A stretch of 64,000 nucleotides of DNA from Acidobacteriota bacterium. GTDB taxonomy: Bacteria; Acidobacteriota; UBA890; WLXD01. Location of the stretch: assembly GCA_965205505.1 (NCBI GenBank), contig CBDBHB010000006.1, forward strand, positions 352,001 through 416,000, in the 5' to 3' direction. The position numbers and the translations under genes were made by a program. How positions within the stretch are numbered: position 1 is the stretch's first letter; every line of letters starts with the position of its first letter. The notes beneath the pieces are model-generated. The model searched no databases. It saw nothing but the letters and a program-made list of their open reading frames with translations, and was not told the DNA's origin. This document shows, one piece after another, positions 49,298-59,467 of this stretch.

Positions 49298-50791
49298 CTA
49301 CCCTGCCGCCTGTTCCTCGCGCTTTTTCCGGGCGACCTCGAGCTTGCGTAGATATCGGATCATGCGGTCGAGTCGGGCGCGTGCTTTGTCTCGCGACATC
49401 ATCTCGAGCACTTCGAAGATGCCGGGCGATGCCTTCTTGCCGGTAAGCGCGACGCGGACCACGTGGATCAGATCGGCGGCCTCGCGGTCCATGCCCTCGA
49501 CGACCTCGCGAAGCGTCGTCTCGAGCTCTTCCTGTTCCCAAGGATCGACCTGCAGCAAGATCTCGCGAAACGCCTCGACCAAGCCGAGGACATCCTTGCC
49601 CTGAATGTGCTCCTTGATGCCGTCGGGCTGGTACGCGAACGCCTCGGTCAGGAAAGGCGCGATGTTGTCGGCGAGCTCGTTCGTTGTCCGCGCCCTCGAC
49701 TGCCACAGCTCGATCAGCGCGAAGAAGTAGTCGCGCCGCTCCATATCGAGCTCTTCCTCCCAGCAACCACGAACGCGTAGCGCATCACGCACGGCTTCAC
49801 GCAGCTCTCCGGCAGGAACCTTGGAGATGTACTCACCGTTGAGCCAGGAGAGCTTCTCGAGGTCGAACTTCGGGTTCGACTTGTTGACGCCCTCCAGGGA
49901 GAACTCGCTGATCAGCTCGGTAACGGTGAATACCTCGCGGTCGTCGCCTGCGTTCCAGCCAAGCAGCGACAGGTAGTTGACCACGGCGCCAGGGAGGTAG
50001 CCCTTGTCATGGAAGTAGGTGACGGAGGTTGCCCCGTGACGCTTCGACAGGCGCTTGCCGTCCTGCCCCAAGATGAGCGGCAGGTGGCCGAACTCCGGCA
50101 GCTTGGCATCGAGCGCTTGATAGACGAGCACCTGCTTCGGCGTGTTCGACAGGTGGTCGGCGCCGCGGATTACGTGTGTGATCCCCATCTCGATGTCGTC
50201 GACGACGTTGGAAAGGTGATACGTGGGCTTCTCGTCGGAGCGCAGCAGCACGAAGTCCTCGATGGTCGAGCACTCGAAGGCGACCTCGCCCTGCACCAGA
50301 TCGTTGACGGTGATCGACCCTTCACCGGGGACCTTGAAGCGAACCGTATGCGGCTCCTCGGCCTCGATGCGCTTGCGTACCTCATCCGCGGCCAGATCGC
50401 GATCGGCTCCACGGTAGACCCAGTTCTCCTCCTGGTCGTCATGGAGCTCCTGCCGCTGCTCGTCGAGCACTTCCTGGCTAGCGAAGCAGTAGTAGGCATG
50501 GCCCGAGTTCATCAGCAGCGATATGTAGTCGCGATACAGATCCAAGCGCTCGCTCTGGCTTACCGGTCCCTCGTCCCAGTCGAGCCCGAGCCAGGTAAGG
50601 GAGTTGAGGATCGAGTCCAGGAACTCGTCCTGCGAGCGCTGCTCATCGGTGTCCTCGAGTCGCAGAATGAACTTGCCGTCGTGGTGGTGAGCGAACAGCC
50701 AGTTGTAGAGCGCCGTGCGGGCACCGCCGACATGCAGCTCACCGGTGGGACTGGGCGCGAAGCGAACGCGAACCACGGACTTGTCGGACAT
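49298..50791 (-). CDS. gltX: Glutamate--tRNA ligase
   Basis: RFAPSPTG.LHVGG, LRLEDTD, ITHVIRG.DH, LSKR. Confidence 0.95.
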   Translation of the reverse strand: MSDKSVVRVRFAPSPTGELHVGGARTALYNWLFAHHHDGKFILRLEDTDEQRSQDEFLDSILNSLTWLGLDWDEGPVSQSERLDLYRDYISLLMNSGHAYYCFASQEVLDEQRQELHDDQEENWVYRGADRDLAADEVRKRIEAEEPHTVRFKVPGEGSITVNDLVQGEVAFECSTIEDFVLLRSDEKPTYHLSNVVDDIEMGITHVIRGADHLSNTPKQVLVYQALDAKLPEFGHLPLILGQDGKRLSKRHGATSVTYFHDKGYLPGAVVNYLSLLGWNAGDDREVFTVTELISEFSLEGVNKSNPKFDLEKLSWLNGEYISKVPAGELREAVRDALRVRGCWEEELDMERRDYFFALIELWQSRARTTNELADNIAPFLTEAFAYQPDGIKEHIQGKDVLGLVEAFREILLQVDPWEQEELETTLREVVEGMDREAADLIHVVRVALTGKKASPGIFEVLEMMSRDKARARLDRMIRYLRKLEVARKKREEQAAG

Positions 50792-50982
50792 TCACTACCT
50801 CTCGATGGACAGATGCAGAGCTCGACAGATTCAGAAGGGGTGTCTCGCGGAAGGAGGAAACAACCTCGCGGGCGGCTCGGCGGGGCGAATCGACTCCTGA
50901 TTAATGAACGGCCCCTGCCGGCCTCGACGTCGGAATGGTAGCCGGTCGGCGGCAGTATCGCCAGCCGCGGTCTATCGCAGCG

Positions 50983-51318
50983 TCAGTTGCGCGGACGGAC
51001 GAAGCCGCATACCTGACATTCAAGCGCCGTGCGCCTAGCCGCGATCAACATCACGCCCAGCAGTGCGAACACCGCACCGGGTAGTAGCGAACGTCCTGTC
51101 ACCCAGCCCAGCAGCACCGCCCAGAAGGCCAGAGTGATGAGCGTGACACCGCCGAACGGGCTGAATCGATGTCGCTTGCTCAGCGTCCACGACCCGGGGG
51201 CATCGCACGACTGGCAAACATCATCGGCCGCCCCCGCATTACGCGTTGCAGCGGCTACAGGGTCGGCAATATCGACCAAGCCCGGGCCGTCGTGTGGATC
51301 AAGCTTGCTGGCGCTCAC
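50983..51318 (-). CDS. Small membrane protein with split CxxC zinc ribbon
   Basis: CQSC, two TM segments, CQVC; start inferred. Confidence 0.55.
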   Translation of the reverse strand: MSASKLDPHDGPGLVDIADPVAAATRNAGAADDVCQSCDAPGSWTLSKRHRFSPFGGVTLITLAFWAVLLGWVTGRSLLPGAVFALLGVMLIAARRTALECQVCGFVRPRN

Positions 51319-51360
51319 GGCTCGGATTGTACGCGACCTGGGCGGCCTTCGCGGAAAAGG

Positions 51361-51449
51361 CGGAGGGGGTGGGATTCGAACCCACGGCACGGAATGAACC
51401 GTGCAACGGCTTAGCAGGCCGCCCTATTCGTCCGCTCTAGCACCCCTCC
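51361..51449 (-). tRNA. tRNA-Ser(GCT)
   Basis: GGAGGGG acceptor stem, anticodon loop CT-GCT-AA, long variable arm, GTTCGAATCC; CCA not encoded. Confidence 0.95.
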
Positions 51450-51489
51450 AACGGGACTGATCTCCATGCACCGGCGACTGAGGCGGAGG

Positions 51490-51582
51490 CGGAGGCAGAA
51501 GGATTCGAACCTTCGGACCGCCTTTGAAAGCGGTCAACGGTTTTCAAGACCGCCGCATTCAACCGGACTCTGCCATGCCTCC
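51490..51582 (-). tRNA. tRNA-Ser(TGA)
   Basis: GGAGGCA acceptor stem, anticodon loop CT-TGA-AA, long variable arm, GTTCGAATCC. Confidence 0.95.
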
Positions 51583-51631
51583 GGATGAGCGGTAGGTTAC
51601 CAAGACCGGGCGTGCGAGGTAGCCCGGGTGG

Positions 51632-52921
51632 CTAACCGCCCGGGCGGTCGATTGGGTCGATGCGCTCGATATCGGCCAGGTATGGGCGCAGGGCCTTCGG
51701 TACCTTCACCGTGCCATCGGCTTGCTGCTGATTCTCCAGGAGCGCCACGAGGGCGCGACCAACCGCAATCCCGGAGCCGTTCAGGGTGTGGGCCAGCCGC
51801 GTCTTTCCATCGCCATCGGGCCGGTAACGAATGTCGGCGCGTCGCGCCTGGAAGTCGGTGCAGTTGCTGCACGACGAGATCTCTCGATAACGATGCTGCG
51901 AGGGTAGCCAAACCTCCAGGTCGTAGGTCTTGGCGGCAGCGAAGCCCATGTCGCCCGTCGACAGCGTGATCACGCGATACGGCAACTCCAGACCCTGCAG
52001 AATGCGTTCGGCGTCGGCGGTGAGCGTCTCCAGCGCCTCGAAAGAGGATTCCGCATCGGTGATCCAGACGAGCTCGACCTTGTTGAACTGGTGCATGCGT
52101 ATGAGCCCGCGAGTGTCGCGGCCGTAAGAGCCCGCTTCACGCCGGAAACACGACGTGTGGGCGCAGTACTTCACCGGAAGATCTGTCGCGGCGAGAATCT
52201 CCGCGCTGTGGAGGTTTATCAGCGGCACTTCGGAGGTCGGAATCAGGTACAGATCGTCGCCGCCCACGAAGAAGGCGTCGGCGGCGAACTTTGGCAACTG
52301 GCCGCTTCCCCGCATCGCCTGCGGTGTTACCAGCAGCGGCGTGAGCACCTCCAGGTAGCCGTTGCTCGTATGTACATCCAGCATGTAGGCAGCGAGCGCC
52401 CGCTCAAGCCTTGCGCCGGCACCGAATTGCACCGAAAAGCGTGCTCCAGAGAGCTTTGCCGCACGCGCGAAGTCGAGGATGCCGAGCGACTCACCGAGCT
52501 CGACGTGATCGCGGGGTTCGAAGTCGAGCTCTGTTGGCTGACCCCAGGTGCGCTCAGTGCGGTTGGCCGCCTCGTCCTCGCCCGGCGGCACGCTCTCATG
52601 CGGCAGATTCGGCATGCGGAGCATATCGTCGCGAATCGCCGCTTCAACGCCCTTGAGCGTGCCCTCGAGCTCCTTGATCCGATCGCCTACGCTACGCATG
52701 CGCGCCATGATCTGGCTGGCGTCGGCACCGCTGCGTTTGAGCTCGCCGATCCGTTTGCTGGTTTCGTTACGCTCTGCCTGCAGCCCTTCGACCTCGCCGA
52801 TGAGCGCACGTCGCTGTCCGTCGCGGTTCATCAGCGCGTCGATGTCTACATCCGAGTGGCGCTGTGCCAGCGCCTTGCGCACTTGGTCGGGATGTTGGCG
52901 GATGATGCTGAAGTCGAGCAT
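51632..52921 (-). CDS. serS: Serine--tRNA ligase
   Basis: LIPTSEVP, FRREAGSYGRDTRGLIRMHQF.KVE, EISSCSNC.DFQARR, HTLNGSG. Confidence 0.96.
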   Translation of the reverse strand: MLDFSIIRQHPDQVRKALAQRHSDVDIDALMNRDGQRRALIGEVEGLQAERNETSKRIGELKRSGADASQIMARMRSVGDRIKELEGTLKGVEAAIRDDMLRMPNLPHESVPPGEDEAANRTERTWGQPTELDFEPRDHVELGESLGILDFARAAKLSGARFSVQFGAGARLERALAAYMLDVHTSNGYLEVLTPLLVTPQAMRGSGQLPKFAADAFFVGGDDLYLIPTSEVPLINLHSAEILAATDLPVKYCAHTSCFRREAGSYGRDTRGLIRMHQFNKVELVWITDAESSFEALETLTADAERILQGLELPYRVITLSTGDMGFAAAKTYDLEVWLPSQHRYREISSCSNCTDFQARRADIRYRPDGDGKTRLAHTLNGSGIAVGRALVALLENQQQADGTVKVPKALRPYLADIERIDPIDRPGG

Positions 52922-53040
52922 TCGGGAGACCTGGGTGGCGAAACACAAAGGCACTACCGAGAGGATACCGGGGCCGCCGATGGCGCACGAGTACGCGTGG
53001 TAGCTTCGGGCGTTCCAGTTTTCGACAGCACAGGATCACC

Positions 53041-53901
53041 ATGAGCTTCCGCACGACGGTTATTCCGGTTGCGGGCCTCGGCACGCGCTTCCTGCCAGCC
53101 ACCAAGGCGACTCCCAAGGAAATGCTCCCGGTGTTCGATCGGCCGTTGTTGCAGTACGCCGTCGAGGAGTCGGTGGCCGCAGGCGGTAGCCGAGTCGTCT
53201 TGATTACCGCGCCCGGCAAGACCTCCGTGCTCAAGCACTTCGCTGCCGATCCGGGGCTCGAAGCCACCCTCCGTGAGCGCGGCAAGACCGCGATGCTCCA
53301 GGTCGTCCAGTCGGTTACCAGGCTCGCCCAGGTAGAGGCGGTGGAGCAACGAACGCCGCGCGGTGTCGGGCACGCCATCTTGCAGGCGCGCGAGACCGTA
53401 GGCGACGAGTACTTCGGGGTCATGTTCCCGGATGACTTTCTGCTGGCGAAGGTTCCCGTCCTCGAACAGCTCCGACGCGTTCACGCCCAACACGGAGGCG
53501 TCGTGTTGGCGGTCGAGCGGGTACCGCACGAGCACGTTGAGCGGTACGGCGTGATCAGCGGCGAACGTGTTGCCGCCAACGTCTACCGCGTCAACGACAT
53601 GGTGGAGAAGCCTTCGATCGACGAGGCGCCCACGGATCTGGCGATCGTCGGTCGGTATGTGCTTCCGCCGAAAATCTTCAGGATCCTCGGCGAGACCAGC
53701 ACCGGCGTCGGCGGCGAGGTCCAGCTAACCGATGCGCTGAGGTCCGCGCTAGGCGAGGAACCCTGTCATGCGGTGGAGTTCGAAGGGCTCCGTTACGACT
53801 GCGGTAGCCGCTTCGGGCTTCTACAGGCCACCGTCGAAGTGGCACGACGTCATCCCGAAGTGGGGGGCAGGTTTCGTCGCTACCTGAGCGAGCTCGACTG
53901 A
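53041..53901 (+). CDS. galU: UTP--glucose-1-phosphate uridylyltransferase
   Basis: PVAGLGTRFLPATKA.PKEMLP, VEKP, GEVQLTDAL, RYDCG. Confidence 0.93.
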   Translation: MSFRTTVIPVAGLGTRFLPATKATPKEMLPVFDRPLLQYAVEESVAAGGSRVVLITAPGKTSVLKHFAADPGLEATLRERGKTAMLQVVQSVTRLAQVEAVEQRTPRGVGHAILQARETVGDEYFGVMFPDDFLLAKVPVLEQLRRVHAQHGGVVLAVERVPHEHVERYGVISGERVAANVYRVNDMVEKPSIDEAPTDLAIVGRYVLPPKIFRILGETSTGVGGEVQLTDALRSALGEEPCHAVEFEGLRYDCGSRFGLLQATVEVARRHPEVGGRFRRYLSELD

Positions 53902-53968
53902 CGCGGCGCGCCTTGATCTCACCCGCAAATCCCTTCTGCGATCTGCAACGATCATCTGTTACAGGCCA

Positions 53969-54298
53969 CTAATCGCTCTTCTTGTCGGGTTTCTTCGAAG
54001 TCTTGTCGCTCGTCGACTTGGCGGTCGTATCGGACTTGTTCTCCGACCCCTTCTGGCCCTTGCCCTTGCCCTTGCCGCTTGCGGCAGATTCCTTGCTGTC
54101 CGATTCCGGCTTCTTGCCCTTGTCGGAGTAGTCGGTGACGTACCAACCGGTGCCCTTGAACTGGATCGCCGGAGCATGCACCAGCCGATCGACACGCCCT
54201 TTGCACTCCGGACAAGTGCGCACGATGCGGTCCGAGAATTTCTGTATGCGTTCGAAGCGATGGCCGCACTTGCGGCACTCGTACTCGTAGATTGGCAT
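53969..54298 (-). CDS. FmdB-family zinc-ribbon protein
   Basis: MPIYEYECRKCG, CPEC, FKGTGWYVTDY, K/S-rich tail. Confidence 0.92.
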   Translation of the reverse strand: MPIYEYECRKCGHRFERIQKFSDRIVRTCPECKGRVDRLVHAPAIQFKGTGWYVTDYSDKGKKPESDSKESAASGKGKGKGQKGSENKSDTTAKSTSDKTSKKPDKKSD

Positions 54299-54503
54299 CG
54301 GTGGTCGCGCCGAAGAGAACGGGGGGCGGTCGAGGCGTCAATATATCAACGTATGGAGAGTGGCTTGCACCGTTTTCGATAGCTGGACCGCTGCGGCCCC
54401 GTTCACATCGGCGCCAAATTGGGGGCGGGGAAGTCTGCTTCGCAGGTGAACCAGGCTCGGATCTCGGTGGTACGGCGCGCTGCCGCCGATACGCCCAGGC
54501 ACT

Positions 54504-57179
54504 TCAGGCTTTGGCGTCCATCCAGTTGGCCCCGACGCCGATTTCAACCAACAGCGGTACGTCGAGCTCGATGGCGCCCTCCATTTCCTGTTTCACCACT
54601 TCCGTTACTCGATCGACCTCCGGCTCGGGCACCTCGATCACCAGCTCGTCGTGCACCTGGATGAGCATCCCAGAGCTCAGCCCTAGCTTCGCGAGGCGGG
54701 CATGCAGATTGACCATGGCCAGCTTGATCAGGTCGGCGGCAGTTCCCTGAAGCGGTGTGTTCACGGCGATGCGCTCGCCGAAAGAGCGCACCATCGGGCG
54801 CCCGCTCTGCAGCTCGGGGAGGTGGCGTACCCGTCCCAGCAAAGTGGTTACGAACCCTTCCGCCCGGGCACGCTCGATCGTCGCCTCGAGGTAGTCGCGT
54901 ACCCTCGGGTAGGCGCTCAAGTAACGCTGGATGAAATCCTTGGCCTCCGCCAGTGAGACGTTGAACTCGCGCGCCAGGCGCTGTGGGCCCATCCCGTAGA
55001 GCACGCCGAAGTTGATTACCTTGGCCCGGTCACGTTGCTCGTAGCTAACGTCGTGAGGTTCGACGTGGAAAATCTGGGCGGCGGTGGCGCGGTGGATGTC
55101 GATGCCGTCGAGGAAGGCCTGCTGCAGCGCCGGGTCGGCCGATAGATGCGCCATGATGCGTAGCTCGATCTGCGAGTAGTCGGCCGTCATCAGCAGGCAG
55201 CCATCGGCGGGAACGAAAGCGCGGCGAATCTGGCGTCCGGTTGACTTGCGGATGGGAATGTTCTGCAGGTTCGGGTTGCTGCTCGACAGGCGTCCGGTCG
55301 CAGCCACCGCCTGATCGAAGGAACCGTGAACGCGGCCGGTATCGGGCAGCACATAGCCCGGCAATGCATCGACGTACGTGCTCTTGAGTTTCGAAAACTC
55401 GCGATACTCCAAAATCTGGCTGACGATCGGGTGGTCGGCGGCCAGCGCTTCGAGTATCTCGGCCTTGGTGGAGCGACTGCCCTTCGCGGTTTTGCCGCCG
55501 GCGGGTAGCCCGAGCCGGTCGAACAGTACCTCCGCGAGCTGCTTCGGCGAGTTGAGGTTGAACGGCTCTCCGGCGATTTCGTGGATCTCCGCTTGTAGGG
55601 TCTCGATGCGTTCCGCGAACTGGGAGGACATCTCCGCCAGGTAGCCGGTATCGATGCGTATGCCGCGCAGCTCCATTGCCGCCAGCACTTGCATCAAAGG
55701 CATCTCGAGGTCGGCGAGCAGCGCCGCCAAGCCCGGTTGTGCCTCGAGCTCCGTGTCGAAAGCGATTGCCAATCGCAGGGTCAGGTCGGCGCGCTCGGCC
55801 GCGTAGCGCGTCGCCTCGGCTATCGGGATAGCGTCGAATGTGGCCTTGCGGTCGGGAAGTATTTCCTTGAGCTCGGTCATGCGAACGTGGAGTAGATCGC
55901 TCGCCAGCGCCGACAGGCCGTGGCTCTGACGTGTCGGATGCAGCACGTATGAAGCCAACATGATGTCGAGCTGCGGCTCCACCCCGACGACATGGTGACG
56001 CGCCAGCGTGATCAGATCGCGCTTGAGGTCGTAGCCAACGAGGTCGACGTCGCCGTCGCCGAGCAATGGGGACAGCATGCGAAGACACTCGTCGGTGCGC
56101 ATCGCGTTCGTAACTCCGAGGCCCTGATGAGCGAGCGGTACATATACCCCGCTACCGACCTCCCAGCTCAGCCCCACACCGACGATCTGGGCGCGCATCG
56201 GTTGCCCGGCATCTACCTCCAGCTTGATGGCCACACGTCCCGCCTCACGGATCGTCATGATGACCGTCTCAAGCTCGGCAGCGTTAGCAACGGTGCGGTA
56301 ATCGCCCTCTGCTCGCTCGGGCTCCAGGACGTAGTCGTCTAGCAGCCGACGGAACTCCAGCTCCATGAAGATCTCGCGGCATGTGGCGACGTCGGGTTCT
56401 CCGACTTGCATCGCTTCGAGGGATAGCTCGATCGGAAGATCAGTGTGGATGGTGGCGAGCTGCTTCGACAGGTGGGCCTGCGCGGCGTACTCGGCCAGGT
56501 TGCGACCATACTTGTACTTCGCCAGGTCGGCCGCGTGGTCGACTGCGTTCTCCAGCGAGCCATAGGCCTGCAACAACTCGCGAGCCCGCTTCGGGCCGAT
56601 CCCCGAGACACCCGGAATGTCGTCGACACTGTCACCCATCAGCCCGAGCAGATCGGTCATGAGTCGAGGAGGCACACCGTACTTGTTCTCCACCTCCTCG
56701 GGGCCGTAGACGTAGCGCTGGTTGCGCTCTGTCAGCAGCTTGACCTCGTTGCTGACGAGCTGCAGCAGGTCCTTGTCTTCGGAGACGATGACGGTGTGTA
56801 TCCCGGCCTCCTCGGCGCGGGCGGCGAGCGTGCCGATCACGTCGTCGGCCTCGTAGCGCGGCAGCTCGAAGATGGGGATGCCCATCGCTTCGACGATGCG
56901 CCGGATCCAGGGAATCTGCTTCCGTAGGTCATCGGGTGTTTCGGGCCGACTGGACTTGTAGCCCGCGTACTCTTCGTGGCGCACGGTGGGTCCAGGCGGA
57001 TCGAACACGACGCCGCAGTAGTCGGGCTTCTCCTCGTTGATCAGCTTTCGCAGCATGGTGACGAAGCCCAGCGTGGCGTTGGTGGGAACGCCGCGCGAGT
57101 TGGTGAGCTCCGGCAACGCGTGGTAGGCGCGATGGATCTGATTGAGGGCGTCGATCAGACAGAGTTTCTTGGGAGGCAT
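54504..57179 (-). CDS. polA: DNA polymerase I
   Basis: YEADDVIG, GDSVDDIPGV.GIG, TGRLSS.NPNLQNIP, DYSQIELR, AKVINFG.LYG, QVHDEL. Confidence 0.96.
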   Translation of the reverse strand: MPPKKLCLIDALNQIHRAYHALPELTNSRGVPTNATLGFVTMLRKLINEEKPDYCGVVFDPPGPTVRHEEYAGYKSSRPETPDDLRKQIPWIRRIVEAMGIPIFELPRYEADDVIGTLAARAEEAGIHTVIVSEDKDLLQLVSNEVKLLTERNQRYVYGPEEVENKYGVPPRLMTDLLGLMGDSVDDIPGVSGIGPKRARELLQAYGSLENAVDHAADLAKYKYGRNLAEYAAQAHLSKQLATIHTDLPIELSLEAMQVGEPDVATCREIFMELEFRRLLDDYVLEPERAEGDYRTVANAAELETVIMTIREAGRVAIKLEVDAGQPMRAQIVGVGLSWEVGSGVYVPLAHQGLGVTNAMRTDECLRMLSPLLGDGDVDLVGYDLKRDLITLARHHVVGVEPQLDIMLASYVLHPTRQSHGLSALASDLLHVRMTELKEILPDRKATFDAIPIAEATRYAAERADLTLRLAIAFDTELEAQPGLAALLADLEMPLMQVLAAMELRGIRIDTGYLAEMSSQFAERIETLQAEIHEIAGEPFNLNSPKQLAEVLFDRLGLPAGGKTAKGSRSTKAEILEALAADHPIVSQILEYREFSKLKSTYVDALPGYVLPDTGRVHGSFDQAVAATGRLSSSNPNLQNIPIRKSTGRQIRRAFVPADGCLLMTADYSQIELRIMAHLSADPALQQAFLDGIDIHRATAAQIFHVEPHDVSYEQRDRAKVINFGVLYGMGPQRLAREFNVSLAEAKDFIQRYLSAYPRVRDYLEATIERARAEGFVTTLLGRVRHLPELQSGRPMVRSFGERIAVNTPLQGTAADLIKLAMVNLHARLAKLGLSSGMLIQVHDELVIEVPEPEVDRVTEVVKQEMEGAIELDVPLLVEIGVGANWMDAKA

Positions 57180-57373
57180 GCGGAGCGTGCGGTGCGAGGT
57201 TGAGGGTGACCGGATGCTACTGCGGGACGCGCAGAGGCGCCAACGACAGGCTGCTAGACTAAAGGGGTGCAGAAATGGCGATGCGGCCATCGAGCGGGGT
57301 ATCACAAAGACGGATCGTGCTCAGTTGACCCTGTTCGAAGGACGGTGATAGATTTCGCACCTCCTACCCCTCC

Positions 57374-59122
57374 GTGAACAAGATGCCAAGGTGCATATTG
57401 GCTCGGACACGTCCTCAACCGGTGCGGGCGATCGCGTTGACACTGGCCGTCCTACTGACGGTGGCTATTTCTGCGAACGCCACGGCGCAAACTCCGGTCG
57501 CGTCGACCACTCAGAACCTCGTCGGCGTAGTGCAGGATTCCGGCGGCCTGCCGTTGCTGGGAGCCTTCGTGGCGGTGATCGCGCTGGGCTGCGACCAGCC
57601 GGCCGCGATTGTCGTGACCGACACCAGCGGCGGGTTCGAGGTCAAGGACCTGCCCTCCGGCGTCTACTCGCTCCTCGTAGGAAGCCTGGGATTCTCGGGC
57701 ACGATGCTGCAAGGCATCAACCTACCGGGTAGCGCCCCGCTGACCTTGCAACTCGAGGCTGATCCCTCGCGTAGCCTTTCAGCTTTCAGCGCGCCGCTGG
57801 ATATGAGCTGGGCGCTGCGCTCGAAGAAGCGCGACGTGCTACGCGAGACCCACGGCACGATCGTTGTCGACAACGGCACCGACGCCGTGAGGCTGGCCCC
57901 TGCCTTGTCTGTGACAGACAGAGTGGTGCGGGGTACGGACGCCGTGACCGGCGAGCTGCGTCTTTGGAGCGTCACGAGCACGAGCAGCGCCGAGACGGTC
58001 GGTGTCACGTCGCTGTCGCTCGGCAGCCCGGAAAGCTGGAACCTTCGAGCACACGTAGGGGGCTCGGGCGACCTGTGGGCGGCAGGTGACTTCACGCGCC
58101 AGGTCGGTGGCGGCCATGAGCTTCAGGTCGGATTCGGCTACGTTGGCGGAACGTTTGATCTGCTTGGTCCCGCGCATCGTCAGAATACTCCGGGCGACGC
58201 CTGGATCGGACGCCTCGATGTGCGTGACACATGGCGAATCTCGCGTCCGTTGAGCGTCTCTGTGGGCGCTCGGTATGAGCATCAGAGTTATCTCGCCACC
58301 TCCGCTCTGGTGTCGCCCACCGTCGAGGTGACGTACCAACCCGGTGAGACGACGCGCATATCCACCGGAGCGACCCAGAGCTCGACGGGCTTCAGCTTGG
58401 CTGATGACCAGGGGTTCGAAGTGCTGACGCTGCTCCGTCAAGCGGAGCTTCGCATCGGCAACACCAGCCGCGTCCAGCCGGAACGGGCGCGCCGCTACCA
58501 CCTCGAGGTGGAGCAGCGTATCGGCCCGGCCGCGGTCAGCGCCCGCGCCTACTTCGACAACGTCACCGATGAGCTTCTCGGCGTCTTCGTCTCGGGGCCG
58601 GACGGGGTCAGTAACTACCTGCTCTTCAACATCGGCGATTCCACTGCCAAGGGGTTCGAGCTTGCTGTGGCCGGAGAGCTGCTCGATACGCTCCTCGGCA
58701 GCGTCTCGGGCGAGGTCAGCTATGCGCGGCATAGTCGAAACAAGAGCTACTCATTTGCGACTCCGGGCCAGTTAGTACACCGCCTGGTGGAGATCGACAG
58801 CAACATGATTCGCCAGACGCACGAAATACAGGCTTCTGTAGCCGCCGAGCTGGCGCCGTCGCGCACGCACCTCCAGGCAAGCTACAACTGGCGATCAGGC
58901 ATGCCGATCGTTCAGGAGGGCGAGGTACGGTACGACTATGGGCGACTGGATCTGCGCTTGCGGCAACCGTTGCCGTTCCGGTCCAGGCGCACGCAATGGT
59001 CGGCAATGGTGCAGGTTCGCAATCTGCTCGGACCAGCATACGATCGTCTCTACAATGTATCCCTGGCTGAGCTCGTGGGACTCACCCGCGGCATTGCCGG
59101 CGGATTGGCAGTTCGTTTTTGA
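57374..59122 (+). CDS. Outer-membrane beta-barrel (TonB-receptor-like) with carboxypeptidase-regulatory-like domain
   Basis: Signal peptide; G.V.D..G.PL.GA, TD..G.F, LP.G.Y; amphipathic strands; terminal Phe. Confidence 0.7.
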   Translation: MNKMPRCILARTRPQPVRAIALTLAVLLTVAISANATAQTPVASTTQNLVGVVQDSGGLPLLGAFVAVIALGCDQPAAIVVTDTSGGFEVKDLPSGVYSLLVGSLGFSGTMLQGINLPGSAPLTLQLEADPSRSLSAFSAPLDMSWALRSKKRDVLRETHGTIVVDNGTDAVRLAPALSVTDRVVRGTDAVTGELRLWSVTSTSSAETVGVTSLSLGSPESWNLRAHVGGSGDLWAAGDFTRQVGGGHELQVGFGYVGGTFDLLGPAHRQNTPGDAWIGRLDVRDTWRISRPLSVSVGARYEHQSYLATSALVSPTVEVTYQPGETTRISTGATQSSTGFSLADDQGFEVLTLLRQAELRIGNTSRVQPERARRYHLEVEQRIGPAAVSARAYFDNVTDELLGVFVSGPDGVSNYLLFNIGDSTAKGFELAVAGELLDTLLGSVSGEVSYARHSRNKSYSFATPGQLVHRLVEIDSNMIRQTHEIQASVAAELAPSRTHLQASYNWRSGMPIVQEGEVRYDYGRLDLRLRQPLPFRSRRTQWSAMVQVRNLLGPAYDRLYNVSLAELVGLTRGIAGGLAVRF

Positions 59123-59327
59123 GCAAGTAGCACCGGCGGCTCGTTCCCCTGGGGCGGTTGGAGCGCGACGCTGGATGGATTCAGAAAATCGAGTTCGAAG
59201 TGCGGCGAGGGAGGCAACCCCTCGCCTTTTTCTATTCTTACGGGCGACAAAACAGGTTCACTTTTTTGAATTCTTCGACCAATAGATTGGATCACCGATT
59301 GACGTGAATTGTCACTTTGGCCGCTCA

Positions 59328-59347
59328 GGGCCCTTCATGAAGGGCCC
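59328..59347. promoter_or_regulatory. Perfect 20-bp palindrome GGGCCCTTCATGAAGGGCCC
   Basis: Self-complementary; about 30 bp upstream of the sigma-54 motif. Confidence 0.5.
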
Positions 59348-59376
59348 CCTGGTGTTGTGCCGTTTGCCTGCCCCGC

Positions 59377-59391
59377 TGGTATGCCTCTTGC
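59377..59391 (+). promoter_or_regulatory. Sigma-54 (-24/-12) promoter candidate TGGTATGCCTCTTGC
   Basis: GG-N10-GC spacing with TGG and TTGC, 76 nt upstream of the kinase ATG. Confidence 0.6.
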
Positions 59392-59467
59392 GTAGATTGG
59401 TAGCCAGCTGCGTAGTTAGTTTCGAACCTGAGTCGTGCTACCCGTTTGCCCGGGCTGAACAACCCCA

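Noticed and set aside
51482-51496. GGCGGA repeat at the tRNA-Ser(TGA) 3' end as an att-site duplication
   Set aside because: Only a 6-bp tandem repeat, with no island or integrase nearby.
54059-54084. CTTGCC tandem repeat in the FmdB gene
   Set aside because: Encodes an ordinary low-complexity GK tail.
56200-56245. Degenerate 3'-5' exonuclease motif in PolA (AIKLEV)
   Set aside because: Loss of proofreading residues is common in bacterial PolA.
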